A DNA stretch of 64,000 nt from Candidatus Gottesmanbacteria bacterium (GCA_023245415.1 JAHFKJ010000003.1:7196-71195); one strand, 5' to 3'. Shown: positions 28,261 through 40,000, counted from the stretch's first letter. The notes: generated by a model from the sequence alone, not told the origin. Translations and numbers: made by a program.

Positions 28261-28983
28261 ATGAGAGAATGGTGGAGAGGGAAATTGATCTATTTTGGGT
28301 TGGTAATATTTTGCGCAGTTGTTTTGATCATTCTATTGTTTATTATTAAATTTGGATCTGCTTATAGGGGAAATTTGTCATCTTATATCAATAATCCAAA
28401 GCAGCAGGAATTAAAGTTAAAGAAGAAAAAAGATATCAAACGGATTACGTTCCGTAAACAGGGAGAAATAAGCTGTTTAGAAATGACCCCAGATGGAGTA
28501 GTAAGACAATATAGTGTTTGCGGAAATACACTCACTGATGTTCAGAGATTGTCAGATTCCAAAAACATTACCAAACTATTTAAACTGGTTTCAGAAAATG
28601 AATTGGAAAATCTCAAAAACACCGGCGGCGAAATTTATGAACTCACAATTCAAACTGATACAGGTACTCAAGTCGTATATATGTCAGCGGCAAATTCACC
28701 GATTGCCAACGAAATTATACAAACAGTAGAATATGTTCACGGTGATTTGGTAGGAACTTCGCCAACACCAACATCCGTTGTAAACTCATCAGCTGCGCCT
28801 ATAAATAATGGTACGACCCCATCACCTCAAAATTCTCTAAGTAATCCAAGTCCAACTCCAGATGCTTCTGCGACTAGTCAATTGCCATTCGTTTGTGACT
28901 TCATTGAGACGAGTACAAAAAAAAAGCCTTTTAATGTCTCAAATGTCATCTGCAGTAGTGAACCGGTAACTGCCCCAAATTAA
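28261..28983 (+). CDS. Hypothetical membrane-anchored protein with S/T/P-rich C-terminus
   Basis: 240 aa; N-terminal TM helix; C-terminal tract TSPTPTSVVNSSAAPINNGTTPSPQNSLSNPSPTP. Confidence 0.45.
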   Translation: MREWWRGKLIYFGLVIFCAVVLIILLFIIKFGSAYRGNLSSYINNPKQQELKLKKKKDIKRITFRKQGEISCLEMTPDGVVRQYSVCGNTLTDVQRLSDSKNITKLFKLVSENELENLKNTGGEIYELTIQTDTGTQVVYMSAANSPIANEIIQTVEYVHGDLVGTSPTPTSVVNSSAAPINNGTTPSPQNSLSNPSPTPDASATSQLPFVCDFIETSTKKKPFNVSNVICSSEPVTAPN

Positions 28984-29021
28984 GAAGTAACTTATTAATG
29001 TTATTGAAAACGGCCAGCCCT

Positions 29022-29051
29022 TGACGAAAGTAGATTACTGAACTATAAATA
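29022..29051 (+). promoter_or_regulatory. Sigma-70-like promoter for the second pilin gene (TTGACG-17-TATAAAT)
   Basis: -35 TTGACG at 29022-29027, 17-nt spacer, -10 TATAAAT at 29045-29051, 15 nt before the start. Confidence 0.4.
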
Positions 29052-29066
29052 ATTAATAGAGCAAAA

Positions 29067-29483
29067 ATGAAACGCGGTTTTACATTAATTGAACTTTTGG
29101 TTGTTATTGGCATTATCGGTATTTTGGCCGCAGTCGTACTAGTCGCAGTCAATCCTGGTCGGCAGTTTGCTTCAGCTCGAGATACCCAGCGTCGTTCCGA
29201 CTTATATTCGATTACCAATGCAGTTTACCAGTATGCAGCAGAACACAATGGAATAATTCCCACAGATATTACCTCTATACCGACACAAATGGGAACTGGA
29301 GCAGGCTTAGTTGACTTATCACAGGAACTGGTACCCACGTATATTGCGGCAATTCCCAAAGATCCTTCTACAGGTACCGATGTCAATGCTCGTTATACAA
29401 TCTATAAAGACGCAAATGGGCGGTTAATTGCTACTGCCTCGAGTGAATTAAATCCCGCAACCCCAATTTCAATCACCCGCTGA
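29067..29483 (+). CDS. Type IV pilin (major pilin paralogue 2)
   Basis: Leader MKRG followed by FTLIELLVVIGIIGILAAVVLVAVNPGRQFASARDTQRR, identical to paralogue 1 over about 41 aa; divergent central region; conserved C-terminal YTIYKDANGR...ATASSELNP. Confidence 0.85.
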   Translation: MKRGFTLIELLVVIGIIGILAAVVLVAVNPGRQFASARDTQRRSDLYSITNAVYQYAAEHNGIIPTDITSIPTQMGTGAGLVDLSQELVPTYIAAIPKDPSTGTDVNARYTIYKDANGRLIATASSELNPATPISITR

Positions 29484-29532
29484 TACTCCTAAATCTAGCG
29501 ACGACTCCTACAGTGTTATAATGTAGCCAATT

Positions 29533-30114
29533 ATGATTGGCGCACTTTCCGGAAAAGTTTTGGTGATTAAAACTGACTACATTGTTTTGATGGTTAATGG
29601 TGTGGGGTACAAAGTGTTTATGCCCGCAAATGATCTTTCGCGTATTCAAAGAGATGATCTATTGCTGCTTTTTACATATACGCATGTACGAGAAGATATT
29701 TTAGGTCTTTTCGGATTTATGAAACAGGAAGAATTAGGTTTGTTTGAGTTATTGCTAAGTGTTTCAGGAATTGGTCCAAAAACTGCTCTCAATATCACAA
29801 GTCATGGCGCAAGTCAAGTTCGTCAGGCAGTACATGAAGCAGACGTACGCTTTTTTACTTCAATACCAAGACTTGGGAATAAAAATGCCCAAAAGATTAT
29901 AATCGAACTAAAGTCAAAAATAGGCAGCAGTAAAGATCTTGATTTAACGGGTGACGAACAACTCAAACAACAGGAAATTATTGAGGTTCTCATTTCAATG
30001 GGGTTTACAAATGCCGAAGCGATAAGAGCGGTTAAAGAACTGCCGTCTCATATAATTACGCTTGAAGCAAAAATTAAATTTGCGATCCAGTTTTTAGGAA
30101 ATAGTCATGTATGA
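29533..30114 (+). CDS. ruvA: Holliday junction branch-migration complex subunit RuvA
   Basis: 193 aa; OB-fold N-terminus; HhH motif [15 protein letters not shown]. Confidence 0.93.
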   Translation: MIGALSGKVLVIKTDYIVLMVNGVGYKVFMPANDLSRIQRDDLLLLFTYTHVREDILGLFGFMKQEELGLFELLLSVSGIGPKTALNITSHGASQVRQAVHEADVRFFTSIPRLGNKNAQKIIIELKSKIGSSKDLDLTGDEQLKQQEIIEVLISMGFTNAEAIRAVKELPSHIITLEAKIKFAIQFLGNSHV

Positions 30115-31157
30115 GCATCACAGCAATAAAAAATCACAATAAAAGTCCTGGGTCGCAAAAGCTTCAGGATGAAGAGCAGCTGTTTACGAATTTGCGGGCA
30201 AGAGCGTGGAATGAATTTACTGGACAAAATAAAATTAAAGAATCTTTACAAATTTCGATCGCCGCAGCTAAAAAACGCCAAGAAGCGCTGGAACATATTT
30301 TACTATATGGCCCCCCCGGCCTGGGTAAAACTACATTAGCCCATCTAATTGCTCAAGAAATGGGTGTGAATATCCGCGTGACTTCCGGCCCTGCCATTGA
30401 ACGGGCTGGTGATTTAGCCGCAATTCTTACTAATCTCCAGGAAAAAGATTGTTTATTTATTGATGAAATTCACCGTCTCCAAAAAACTGTAGAAGAAACA
30501 TTGTATCCGGCGATGGAAGATTACTGTTTGGATATCGTCATCGGAAAAGGTCCTTCAGCGCGAACTGTCCGCTTAGATTTACCGCATTTTACGATCATAG
30601 GAGCCACTACCCGGATTGGTCTTTTGTCGTCGCCGATGCGGGATCGGTTTGGTGTAATTCACCGCCTTAACCATTATGAGATTGCGGACTTGTCCATTAT
30701 CATCGCTCAAGCCGCACTTAGACTAAACATTCCGATTGATGAAATATCCATAAAAGAATTAGCCCAAAGAGCTCGGGGGACACCGCGGATTGCACTTAAA
30801 CTTCTGAAGCGCGTACGCGATATGGCTCAGGTTAAAGGGAGTGGGGAAATTACGCCTGATCTAGTGCATACGACGTTTGAATTGCTGGAAGTTGACCCGC
30901 TCGGGTTAGACGAAATTGATCGCAAATTATTGCTTTCAATTATTGAAAAACATGCCGGCGGTCCGGTGGGAATTGAAACTTTGGCAGCCACTATTTCGGA
31001 AGATGTAGGTACCGTTGAAGATGTCTTAGAGCCATTTTTACTCCAGACTGGATTGTTAAAACGGACTCCGCGGGGAAGAATGGTGACAAAACGCGGATAC
31101 GCTCATGTAGGTAAATCAATACCCTCTCATCTCCTCCAGGATGTACTATTTAATTAG
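30111..31157 (+). CDS. ruvB: Holliday junction ATP-dependent DNA helicase RuvB
   Basis: Walker [12 protein letters not shown]; Walker [10 protein letters not shown]; sensor/arginine fingers; overlaps the ruvA stop (ATGA). Confidence 0.96.
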   Translation: MSITAIKNHNKSPGSQKLQDEEQLFTNLRARAWNEFTGQNKIKESLQISIAAAKKRQEALEHILLYGPPGLGKTTLAHLIAQEMGVNIRVTSGPAIERAGDLAAILTNLQEKDCLFIDEIHRLQKTVEETLYPAMEDYCLDIVIGKGPSARTVRLDLPHFTIIGATTRIGLLSSPMRDRFGVIHRLNHYEIADLSIIIAQAALRLNIPIDEISIKELAQRARGTPRIALKLLKRVRDMAQVKGSGEITPDLVHTTFELLEVDPLGLDEIDRKLLLSIIEKHAGGPVGIETLAATISEDVGTVEDVLEPFLLQTGLLKRTPRGRMVTKRGYAHVGKSIPSHLLQDVLFN

Positions 31158-31227
31158 TCATGCTCCTCAATCAAATTTACCATCAATACTACTTGATCAG
31201 AAGTATTTATATCTCTAAACTGGATTT

Positions 31228-32589
31228 ATGACTTCATCCGCCGATGTATTAAGTCAGAAATCTTTAGTTGTAATTTTGGCTTATGCACCCACAGGTTTAG
31301 GACATCTGCGGGTTACTGATGCATTGTTTCATGGTTTACCCTCAACAGTGACTCCGCTGCTTCTTGGGTCACAGGATAGATCGATTGGATTACTACATCG
31401 GATCACGAGTATTCACCCGCTTGGAAGATCACTGATGGAGTGGACGCAACGAGGTATGGTGGAGACAGTTTTTACTTCCATTTACCGGCGTTTATTAAAT
31501 ACCCGCGCCGACATTTTATATAGTCAGCTCTCAACTATACTAGATCAGCGGATTACGGTGGCAAAAAAAGTATTAGTAGTTTCGACGCATTTTGGACTGG
31601 CTTATGAATTGTCGAGGATTAAAAAAAATCTGGAAAAAGAGAAAGACATTCAGATAATTTTAGTGGTTGTGGTGACAGATGATTCTCCTCAACAGCTCTG
31701 GTATGTTCCTGAGACTGATCTGACGTTTGTGCCAAGTGCCAAAACGAAAGAACGGTTACATGATTTAGGCCGGCGTCATAACTTACCGGATATTCCCATC
31801 AAAGTTGTTCCCTATCCAATTAGTCCCAGATTAACTGAAATGGGGAGGACGAATCGTTTAACTGAAAGAAAATCCCAGGTAGATATCAGTCATCATTCAC
31901 AAATTCATATCTGCATTCCGATATCGGGAGCTGCAGTCGGTTTAACCTTTTTTATCTCATTTATTCATGAGCTCCATCACCTGTCAGATCGTATTCGATT
32001 TCACATAATTATAAAAAATGTCCCTTATACTCAACAATTTATAAATACGTTGTTAACTCTGCCATATGTTTTAGTGCATTCGTCAACCCATGATCGTGAA
32101 CTGGTTGATATTTATGAATCTGTATACCACCAGTATCCGATAACATTTGAGATAACTAAGCCTAGCGAACAGGCGTTTAAAGCTTTGCTTGACCCTCTAC
32201 AAATTGGCGGAGCAATTCTTTTATTCGCGCTTCCCGTCGGAAGACAGGAGTATGATAATTTGGCATTTTTACGCCGACATAAGTTGATTCCGACTCACTA
32301 TCAAGAACAATGGTTATTTCAAAAATATTTAAAAAAATTAGATTTCACTACCCACGAAAAACAGTCGGTATTGGCACAAACCCATTACTGGCGCGGATTG
32401 ACGCTGCCTGTTGACTCAATACAAGCAGCAGGTTTTGTCGTTTGGTGTTTAAATCAAGGAATATATGCCCGTATGTTAGAGTTTAAAAGGCAGACAAACC
32501 AAACTGACTCGCACATCGATGAAATAAGTCCGGAAGGAGTAAAAATATTCTGGCAAAAGATTTCCGAATATATAAGGCAGGTAATTTAA
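31228..32589 (+). CDS. Divergent GT-B glycosyltransferase, GT28 (MurG / MGDG-synthase)-like
   Basis: N-terminal ILAYAPTGLGHLRVTDAL resembles the G-rich loop of MurG/MGDG synthases (GGTGGH/GGGH); C-terminal GGAILLFALPVGRQEYDN resembles the GT28 C-domain (A-G-x-T-x-E...Q-x-x-N). Confidence 0.4.
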   Translation: MTSSADVLSQKSLVVILAYAPTGLGHLRVTDALFHGLPSTVTPLLLGSQDRSIGLLHRITSIHPLGRSLMEWTQRGMVETVFTSIYRRLLNTRADILYSQLSTILDQRITVAKKVLVVSTHFGLAYELSRIKKNLEKEKDIQIILVVVVTDDSPQQLWYVPETDLTFVPSAKTKERLHDLGRRHNLPDIPIKVVPYPISPRLTEMGRTNRLTERKSQVDISHHSQIHICIPISGAAVGLTFFISFIHELHHLSDRIRFHIIIKNVPYTQQFINTLLTLPYVLVHSSTHDRELVDIYESVYHQYPITFEITKPSEQAFKALLDPLQIGGAILLFALPVGRQEYDNLAFLRRHKLIPTHYQEQWLFQKYLKKLDFTTHEKQSVLAQTHYWRGLTLPVDSIQAAGFVVWCLNQGIYARMLEFKRQTNQTDSHIDEISPEGVKIFWQKISEYIRQVI

Positions 32590-32863
32590 GAGTATTATCT
32601 TAGGCACGATCAATACGGATAGCTCATTACAGAAGTATTTGTTCCTTCGAGTTACGTGATTGCAGATCTTGCCAGCATACCAGTGATATTTGTGCCGATA
32701 GCAGCCGGTTTTTCTATTAATTGATTACAATTGTATGTTCTGTTAAATACATTTACTCCAACTCTATTCCTAGCTGAAATAGATACTTTTATCTTCTGTT
32801 AGAAATGGGTATCAGCAACCTGATATATTTATATGATAGAATAAATTTGCAAAGGATTAATTT

Positions 32864-33982
32864 ATGCAGCAGGGTGAAAAACCAGAAAAAATTATAGTTG
32901 TTGAAAAGGTGGAAAAAGATGAAAAACCCGAAAAACCGCCGGAGAAATACAAGCCGGCGAAAATCGATTTGCAGGTAGATAAAGAAGCGCTCAAAAAAAT
33001 CAAGCTTGTTGTCGTAGCCTACTCTCATGTAGAACGAGAATGGTTCCCGACTCAGGATGCATATGAAGCCGAAGTAGAGGTAGAAGATAGGGCCAGCCAG
33101 GTTCTGGAACAGCTTAAAAGACTGGGGATAAATGCAAAAGGACATCCCGGCAACCAGTATTTTCTGACAAACCTTCTGGTAGACCAACCCAATATCGTCA
33201 TCAATCTTGTGGATACTTTAAAAGGAAAAGATCGATTGCAGACTTCGGTGCCCGCTGCTTTGGAGCTTTCTAACATTCCTTATACCGGGGCGGGTATGGA
33301 AGGGTTAGTGATTGGCAACAATCGCAACCTCACCAAACGCTTACTACTGGCTTACGATATTCCCACGCCTGCTTTTCAATATATTCGTCGTGCCGGAACT
33401 CAAGTACAAGAAGATTTAGGCCTACCGCTTATAGTCAAATTAAACGAAAGCGGGGGCAGTGTGGGAATTGATGAGCATGCAGTTAAAGAATCTGTCAAAG
33501 AAGCGCAAAAAAAGGTCGATGACATGATAAGTACCTACAAGATTCCGGTAATTGCGGAAAAGTTTATTGACGGGCCTGAGATTACAGTTATCGTTTTTGA
33601 TGATGGGCAAAAAAATCAGGTGATGATGGCCCAAAAAATTTTCCGGAAGAAGACCGACGGCAAATATTATTTTACCAGCTTCGCCTCCTACGATGATGAG
33701 AGATCATATAGATATAAATTTGTAGAAGACGAAATTCTGCGAAACAAAATCGAAAAACTGGCAATTAGAGCTTTTAATGGACTCAGTCACAAAGATTATG
33801 CGAAATTTGACATTCGGGTAGATTTCAGTACAAATACGCCATACTTTACAGACTCCAACCCCAATACCGCATTTGGACCTGACAAAGGTCTGCCTTTTAC
33901 AGAAGTGGCATTACTGCATGAATTAAGTTTTGACGATATACTGCTTAGTCTATTATCTAAGTATGCAAAAGAAATTAAATAA
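32864..33982 (+). CDS. ddl: D-alanine--D-alanine ligase family ATP-grasp protein with a Lys/Pro/Glu-rich N-terminal extension
   Basis: ALELSNIPYTGAGMEG...NRNLTKRLL; PLIVKLNESGGSVGI; EKFIDGPEITVIVF; AKFDIRVDF...YFTDSNPNTAFGP (Ddl motifs); N-terminal KPEK repeats. Confidence 0.7.
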   Translation: MQQGEKPEKIIVVEKVEKDEKPEKPPEKYKPAKIDLQVDKEALKKIKLVVVAYSHVEREWFPTQDAYEAEVEVEDRASQVLEQLKRLGINAKGHPGNQYFLTNLLVDQPNIVINLVDTLKGKDRLQTSVPAALELSNIPYTGAGMEGLVIGNNRNLTKRLLLAYDIPTPAFQYIRRAGTQVQEDLGLPLIVKLNESGGSVGIDEHAVKESVKEAQKKVDDMISTYKIPVIAEKFIDGPEITVIVFDDGQKNQVMMAQKIFRKKTDGKYYFTSFASYDDERSYRYKFVEDEILRNKIEKLAIRAFNGLSHKDYAKFDIRVDFSTNTPYFTDSNPNTAFGPDKGLPFTEVALLHELSFDDILLSLLSKYAKEIK

Positions 33983-34556
33983 TATAGGTTTTTCCGAAAT
34001 GCCCCGGACAAAACAGAGAACAGACGCTCACTGCGGTCCCGCAGTATTAGAAATGTTATACGGTTATTTAGATACGCGGATTTCTCAGAATCAAATTGTA
34101 AAAGCAGCTCAGATAAAAACAAGGTTGAAACGCTATGGGATGAATATTTCTGAGATGGCAAAAGCTATCCATAAATTGACTCCAGGAATAATGTTTTGGT
34201 CTAAACAAAACGCAAATGAAAAGGATCTGGATCTACTCATCAATACACACAAAATTCCTGTGGGAGTAGAATGGCAGGGAATTTTTGGTAAATATGCAGA
34301 TAAAGATAACGGCCATTATGGTGTGATTACGTTTATCGATCTGAAGCAGAATTTAATTCAACTAGCAGATCCATTCAAAGCGTTCGTGGGAATTGATCGA
34401 ACATTTGCCCTCTCAGCCTTTATTGAGAGGTGGTGGGATAAAAATCATCTTTTCCATCCAGACGGCAAAATTACTTCAGTTCGTGACGAGCACATGATGT
34501 TTATTCTCACCAAAAAAACTAGTACATTTCCGCAATCGCTAAACATGCAACCCTGA
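33963..34556 (+). CDS. Papain-like cysteine peptidase, C39-like (Peptidase_C39_2-type)
   Basis: TDAHCGPAVLEMLYGYL fits the catalytic Cys motif of C39-like domains; conserved His/Asp candidates downstream (GHYGVITFIDL). Start uncertain (33963 or 33999; the track start at 33930 overlaps ddl). Confidence 0.5.
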   Translation: MQKKLNNIGFSEMPRTKQRTDAHCGPAVLEMLYGYLDTRISQNQIVKAAQIKTRLKRYGMNISEMAKAIHKLTPGIMFWSKQNANEKDLDLLINTHKIPVGVEWQGIFGKYADKDNGHYGVITFIDLKQNLIQLADPFKAFVGIDRTFALSAFIERWWDKNHLFHPDGKITSVRDEHMMFILTKKTSTFPQSLNMQP

Positions 34557-34558
34557 GT

Positions 34559-37006
34559 GTGAATAAATTCAGATTTCACAAAATTAAAATACTGCCTCTA
34601 AAACTGATTTTAGTAATATATCTGTTAATTTCTTTTACTGTCCTATTATGGTGGACAGATCCGCACTTTTTGCCTCAAGGTTCAATATCTATTTGGGATA
34701 GAAACGGAATTTTGCTGTTTGAATATGTAACGGACTTAGGCAAAAAACAGCCTATTTCTTTTGCAGATTTTCCACCTCATTTGATTCATGCAGTAGTCGC
34801 CAGTGAAGACGCCGGTTTTTGGACTAATCCGGGTGTTGATGCCGGAGCGATTGTCCGGGCAGTTATTCAGAACCTCGAGAAAGGGCAAATCGTGTCTGGA
34901 GCCAGTACGATTACTCAGCAACTTGTCCGTTCGACAACGATGCCAACCAAAAATTTATCTGCACAAAAAAATCCTATTAGAAAAGTGCGCGAAATTTTCA
35001 TGGCCCTGCGACTGAATATGCGTTTATCAAAGCAGGAAATTCTGACTGATTATTTAAATGAGATGTATTTTGGAAATTTGGCTTATGGAATTCAATCTGG
35101 TGCCCAATTTTATTTTAATAAAGATGCGAAACAACTTTCACTGGCCGAAAGCGCATTACTGATCGGACTTATACCCCAGCCCGATTCGCGAAATCCTCTA
35201 CGTTACGCAGAAAATGCGAAAATTGCGCAAAAAGAAGTACTCTCTCGTATGGTCAAACAAAGATATATCTCCGAGGATCAAGCGTTAGTAGCCCAAAATG
35301 AACCGTTGGCATATGCCAATTCATATCCGCAAATGAAAGCTCCCCATTTTGTCTCGTATATAAAAGATCAACTAGATGGGTTGGGAATTGATATTCGCCA
35401 GGGACTTAAAGTTTATACTACACTTGATTATCCAACTTTTACCCTTAGTGAAGAAATTGCCCGCTCATGGATTGATAAGCTTGCTCCTCTACACGATTTA
35501 TCCAATGCATCTTTAGTTCTGATCAAAAATGATACAGGAGAAATTCTTGATATGCTGGGTGGAACCAATTATTTTGCTGCTACGAGCTCCGGACAGGTGA
35601 ATATGGCGGTGAGTCCGCGCCAACCCGGTTCGACATTAAAACCAATAACGTATGCGGTAAGTTTTGCGCAGGGGTTTAACCCTGCGACTTTACTCTATGA
35701 TGTCAGAAAAACGTATCTCACTAAGAAGGGAGAAGGTTTTTCTCCCAATAATTATGATGGGAGATTTCATGGTCTAATTCTTGTTAGAGAAGCATTAGGA
35801 TCATCTTTGAACGTTCCGGCGATAGACATGTTGGATCGGATTGGTATAGAAAATTTTCTCAAAACTGCAGTTGAAATGGGAATAACGACTTTTGCTGATG
35901 AGTCTCGTTATGACCTGGCAATAACACTGGGCGGTGCAGAGACGAAACTTGTGGATTTAACAAATGTATATGCGACTTTTGCCAGAGGCGGCAGATACAT
36001 ACTTCCATATGCGATTTCAAAAATTACGAATGACCAGGGGAAACTAATATATCAGCATAAGGATGTGTCAGCCAAAGCAGTATTCGGCGAAAAAAGTCAG
36101 CAGATCGCATTTTTAATCACGGATATCTTAGCAGATCCAAAAGCCAGAATCTTGAGTTTCGGAGAAAAGAATCCATTGGTACTCTCCCGTCCGGCAGCAG
36201 CAAAAACAGGAACCACGACAGATTGGCATGATAATTGGACGTTTGGATACACACCTACATTTACGGTTGGAGTTTGGGTAGGCAACAATGATAATCACCC
36301 GATGCGCAGTATTACCGGTATAGTCGGCGCTGCCCCAATCTGGAATCAATTTTTTGAGGAGTTTTTGAAAGATAAACCACTGGAACAATTTACTAAGCCG
36401 GTCGGTATCAAAGAAGTCGAAATCTGTAAGTCAAGTGGACAATTGCCTGATGGATTATGTCCGGAAAAAATTAAAGAGTATTTTATTGATGGCACTCAAC
36501 CAAACAGTAAATCTACGTTGCATAAAATCGTTAATATAGACATCCGAAATAATTTATTAGCGGGAAACTGCAACAGTCCATATATTAAAGAAAAAATTTT
36601 CGTTGATTATCCTCCTCAAGTATATTCCTGGGCAGTGGCGGAACACCTGGAGACTATACCACAGCAGTTTTCACCACTTTGTGCTGGAGATTTAGGAACC
36701 AGTGACGGAGAATTTATAGAAGTCACCTCACCAATAAATCAAGCGGTATTTGAATCAGCGCCTAAATTGTTGCCTAAGCAGGCAGTGGTCTTTGAAGTCA
36801 AAGTTTCGGCCGATATTCATACTGTGTCGTGGTATGTCGATCAGTCGCTCTACCAAACTACAGTCAATTTCCCGTTTCAGGTTTCATGGAAACCAGTCGT
36901 TGGCAGTCATAGTCTCAAAGCTATTGGTCATACAGTTTCTGGCACAAGTACCTCATCGACTGAAGTGAAGTTCAGTGTCGTAGATTACAAAAGCATAATA
37001 GATTAA
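34559..37006 (+). CDS. pbpC: Class A penicillin-binding protein (transglycosylase + transpeptidase), PBP1C-like
   Basis: N-terminal TM; GT51 motifs SEDAGFW, GASTITQQL, RKVREI; transpeptidase SxxK (STLKP), SxN (SLN), KTG (KTGT); C-terminal beta domain; 815 aa. Confidence 0.88.
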   Translation: MNKFRFHKIKILPLKLILVIYLLISFTVLLWWTDPHFLPQGSISIWDRNGILLFEYVTDLGKKQPISFADFPPHLIHAVVASEDAGFWTNPGVDAGAIVRAVIQNLEKGQIVSGASTITQQLVRSTTMPTKNLSAQKNPIRKVREIFMALRLNMRLSKQEILTDYLNEMYFGNLAYGIQSGAQFYFNKDAKQLSLAESALLIGLIPQPDSRNPLRYAENAKIAQKEVLSRMVKQRYISEDQALVAQNEPLAYANSYPQMKAPHFVSYIKDQLDGLGIDIRQGLKVYTTLDYPTFTLSEEIARSWIDKLAPLHDLSNASLVLIKNDTGEILDMLGGTNYFAATSSGQVNMAVSPRQPGSTLKPITYAVSFAQGFNPATLLYDVRKTYLTKKGEGFSPNNYDGRFHGLILVREALGSSLNVPAIDMLDRIGIENFLKTAVEMGITTFADESRYDLAITLGGAETKLVDLTNVYATFARGGRYILPYAISKITNDQGKLIYQHKDVSAKAVFGEKSQQIAFLITDILADPKARILSFGEKNPLVLSRPAAAKTGTTTDWHDNWTFGYTPTFTVGVWVGNNDNHPMRSITGIVGAAPIWNQFFEEFLKDKPLEQFTKPVGIKEVEICKSSGQLPDGLCPEKIKEYFIDGTQPNSKSTLHKIVNIDIRNNLLAGNCNSPYIKEKIFVDYPPQVYSWAVAEHLETIPQQFSPLCAGDLGTSDGEFIEVTSPINQAVFESAPKLLPKQAVVFEVKVSADIHTVSWYVDQSLYQTTVNFPFQVSWKPVVGSHSLKAIGHTVSGTSTSSTEVKFSVVDYKSIID

Positions 37007-37038
37007 ACTATAATGAGTATTATTAGTGTTATCATAAC

Positions 37039-40000
37039 ATGAAAAAATTTATAATAAATTTTTTCCTAGAGTTGAGAAACAAATTGACTCGATATAGTAA
37101 TCCGCCTATCGATGGACAGTCTGGATTGGAGATTCAAAGGTCCTTTGATAAGGGAATAAATGACAAACCGAAACGACCTCTGAAAAAGAGTGAAAAATTT
37201 TTACTACTCGTGATTGCAATACTGTTAGGGCTTTGTTTATGGTTCATATTCGATAATAAATTTTATATATCTGCGTATTTCAAAATTTATGGAGTGATTA
37301 TACTTTTTATTTTTACATTCATCGCAGTTATTACAATTTATCTTTGGCAAAATCGGGTTTCTGAATTTAAAGGGATTAATATTTTTCTGAAATTTATTCG
37401 TTTAGTTTTTATCTTCCTAATTTTCTTCGGAAAGCAGTTAAGAATATGGCTAGTTAATTTTAAACAGTCGGATCGGACAAAAAGGTGGCAGATGATCAGA
37501 ATTCCAGTTTTTACCGTTGCTGTGGTCAGTATCATCATGAACATTTGGCCGTTATTTGTCCCCCCAAAAATTTCCACAAGTTTTCCCGGTAACACCAACA
37601 TGGAGGTTCCACTCGATACCAAAATTGAAATAATTTTTTCCAAAAAGATGTTGAAAGTATCGATTGAAAAGAATTTTCAAATCGAGCCGCCAATTGTTGG
37701 AACTATGGCCTGGGAAAGCGACCAAAAATTCATATTTACACCGCAAGATAAACTACAAAGAGCTAGTAATTATACTGTGAAATTTAAAGGATTACTCTTG
37801 TCAAATTTTTTAGTCCCTTTACGAGGAAACACAGAATTAAATTTCAAGACGATTGGAAATCCCAAGGTCATTCTTGCGTCACCACTTAATGAAGCTTTGG
37901 AAAATCTAACACCAATCACGGTAGTGTTTGATCGGCAAATGATCCCACTTACAACAGCAACTAATAGTGCCGTAAAGCAATCAGCTTTTACCATTTCACC
38001 ACCGGTGATTGGTGAAGGAAGATGGTTAGGCACAACTGCGTATCAATTTCGGCCCGTAGAAAATTTCAAGCTAGGAACGACATATAAAGTTACTATTCCT
38101 CAAGGGATGCGTTCACAAGATGAAGGCGTACTATCTGAAGATTATTCATGGGAGTTTTCCAGTAGTCGTCCTCGAGTTGAAGAAGTAACGCCAAAACAGG
38201 ATTACGATTATGCTTCAGTTACAGCTTCAGTATCAGCCCAATTTAATCAGGATTTAGACAACGAATCATTAAAAGATCATTTCACTTTATACGATGAAAA
38301 TTCCCATCCTGTGCCAGGTCAAATAAAAACAAATGGTCGCGTGTTTGGATTTTATGCGTTTGCACCATTGAAACGTGAAAGCCGTTATCAAGCGGTGATT
38401 AGTAGAGGGGTTAAAAATACTGAAGGGCCAAATGGTTTGGAAGACGATTATTCCTGGAATTTCAATGTGGCGGCTAAGCCACTTATTATAAAAACGACAC
38501 CAAAAAATGGCGACAAAGAAGTAAAAGGGGAACAAAACGTCGAAGTATTATTTAAAACTCCTATGGATGAAGAGTCTTTTAAAAATAATATTACAATTTC
38601 TCCCAAGCAGGATCATCCGATTTCTTACTACTTCTCAAGCTACAATGATCGTCACTCTCTCTCAATCAGTACATATTTGGGCAGATCCCAAAATTATACG
38701 ATTACCATTGGTGCAAACGTAACAGACCAGTATGGAGTGTCAATAGGTGTGCCGTATTCATTCTCTTTTGCTACAGCTGCATACGAACCATCTATCAGTA
38801 TTCATCCGCAAGGGACATATTTCGGTTCCTTCAGTGCCGGAATTGTTTCCAGAGTAGTAGTTCAGGTAATCAATGCTAATCGAGTTGATTATAAATTATA
38901 TAAGTTGAAAAACGATGACTTTCTTGATTTATATCGCCGTAGATATGAAAACCAATGTGGTCAACAGATAGGCTGCAGCAACTGGCAAAATTATAATCCT
39001 CAAAATTTAGAAACTGTTAATTCTTGGAGTGAGACGTTTAACGGTGATTTTAACGTACCGACGCAGGTAGTAACTAAAGTACTCACGCAACCAGGTGATA
39101 AAATCCCTCCCGGTTTTTATTATCTGGACGTTCGTATTTCTCAAGGACCCCATGACAATCTGGTGATGATCGTAAGTAAGTCCGCGTTAACCGTAAAAAA
39201 AAGCGACAAACAATTGTTTGTCTGGTCCGTTAACCAATCCACAGGTCAAGTTTTACCCAATATGGAGCTGAAGCTTACTGATAGTTCCGGTAAAGTATTA
39301 AGCTCAGGTGCTACTAACCCTGATGGAGTACTGATGCAGGATGTGAATTTGTTTAACCGGAACAACTTATTTGTTTTTGGTCAGAAAGGGGATGAAATGA
39401 CAGTAGCTTCAACTGCCTGGAGTGAAGGTATAAATTCCTATGATTTTGGTTTGCCGTCTTATTACGACTCCAATCAAAGACAAGATTATGAAATGCAGCA
39501 AAAATACAAATTGTTTATAACACTTGACCGATCAATTTATCGGCCTGGAGGTAAAGTTTACTTTAAAGGATTGATCAGAAAAGACACCGACGCTCTATAT
39601 GAAAAAGTACAGATGGGTGAAAAAGTAAAATTGTCTATTACCGATGCACGTAACAGGTCAGTTTACAGTGAGAGTTTAGCAATTAATTCTTTTGGCTCAT
39701 TTTCCGGAGATTTTAGTACAAGCCTTGATGCAAATTTAGGAAATTATCAAATTTCTACCTCGTATTCAGGATCCAGTTTTTCAACGCAATTTCAGGTAGA
39801 AGAATATCGTCGTCCGGAAGTTGCAGTCACGGTCACTCCGGAAAAAGAAGAATATGCGCAAAATGAGGTGCTTAACCTGACTATAAACGGTGCATACTAT
39901 TTTGGAGCCCCAGTTGCTGAGGCGCCGGTAAAATGGGTATTGCAGACTCAAGATGAAGCGTTTCGTTGGGACAAAGATTGGAGATATGAATTCGGAGACT

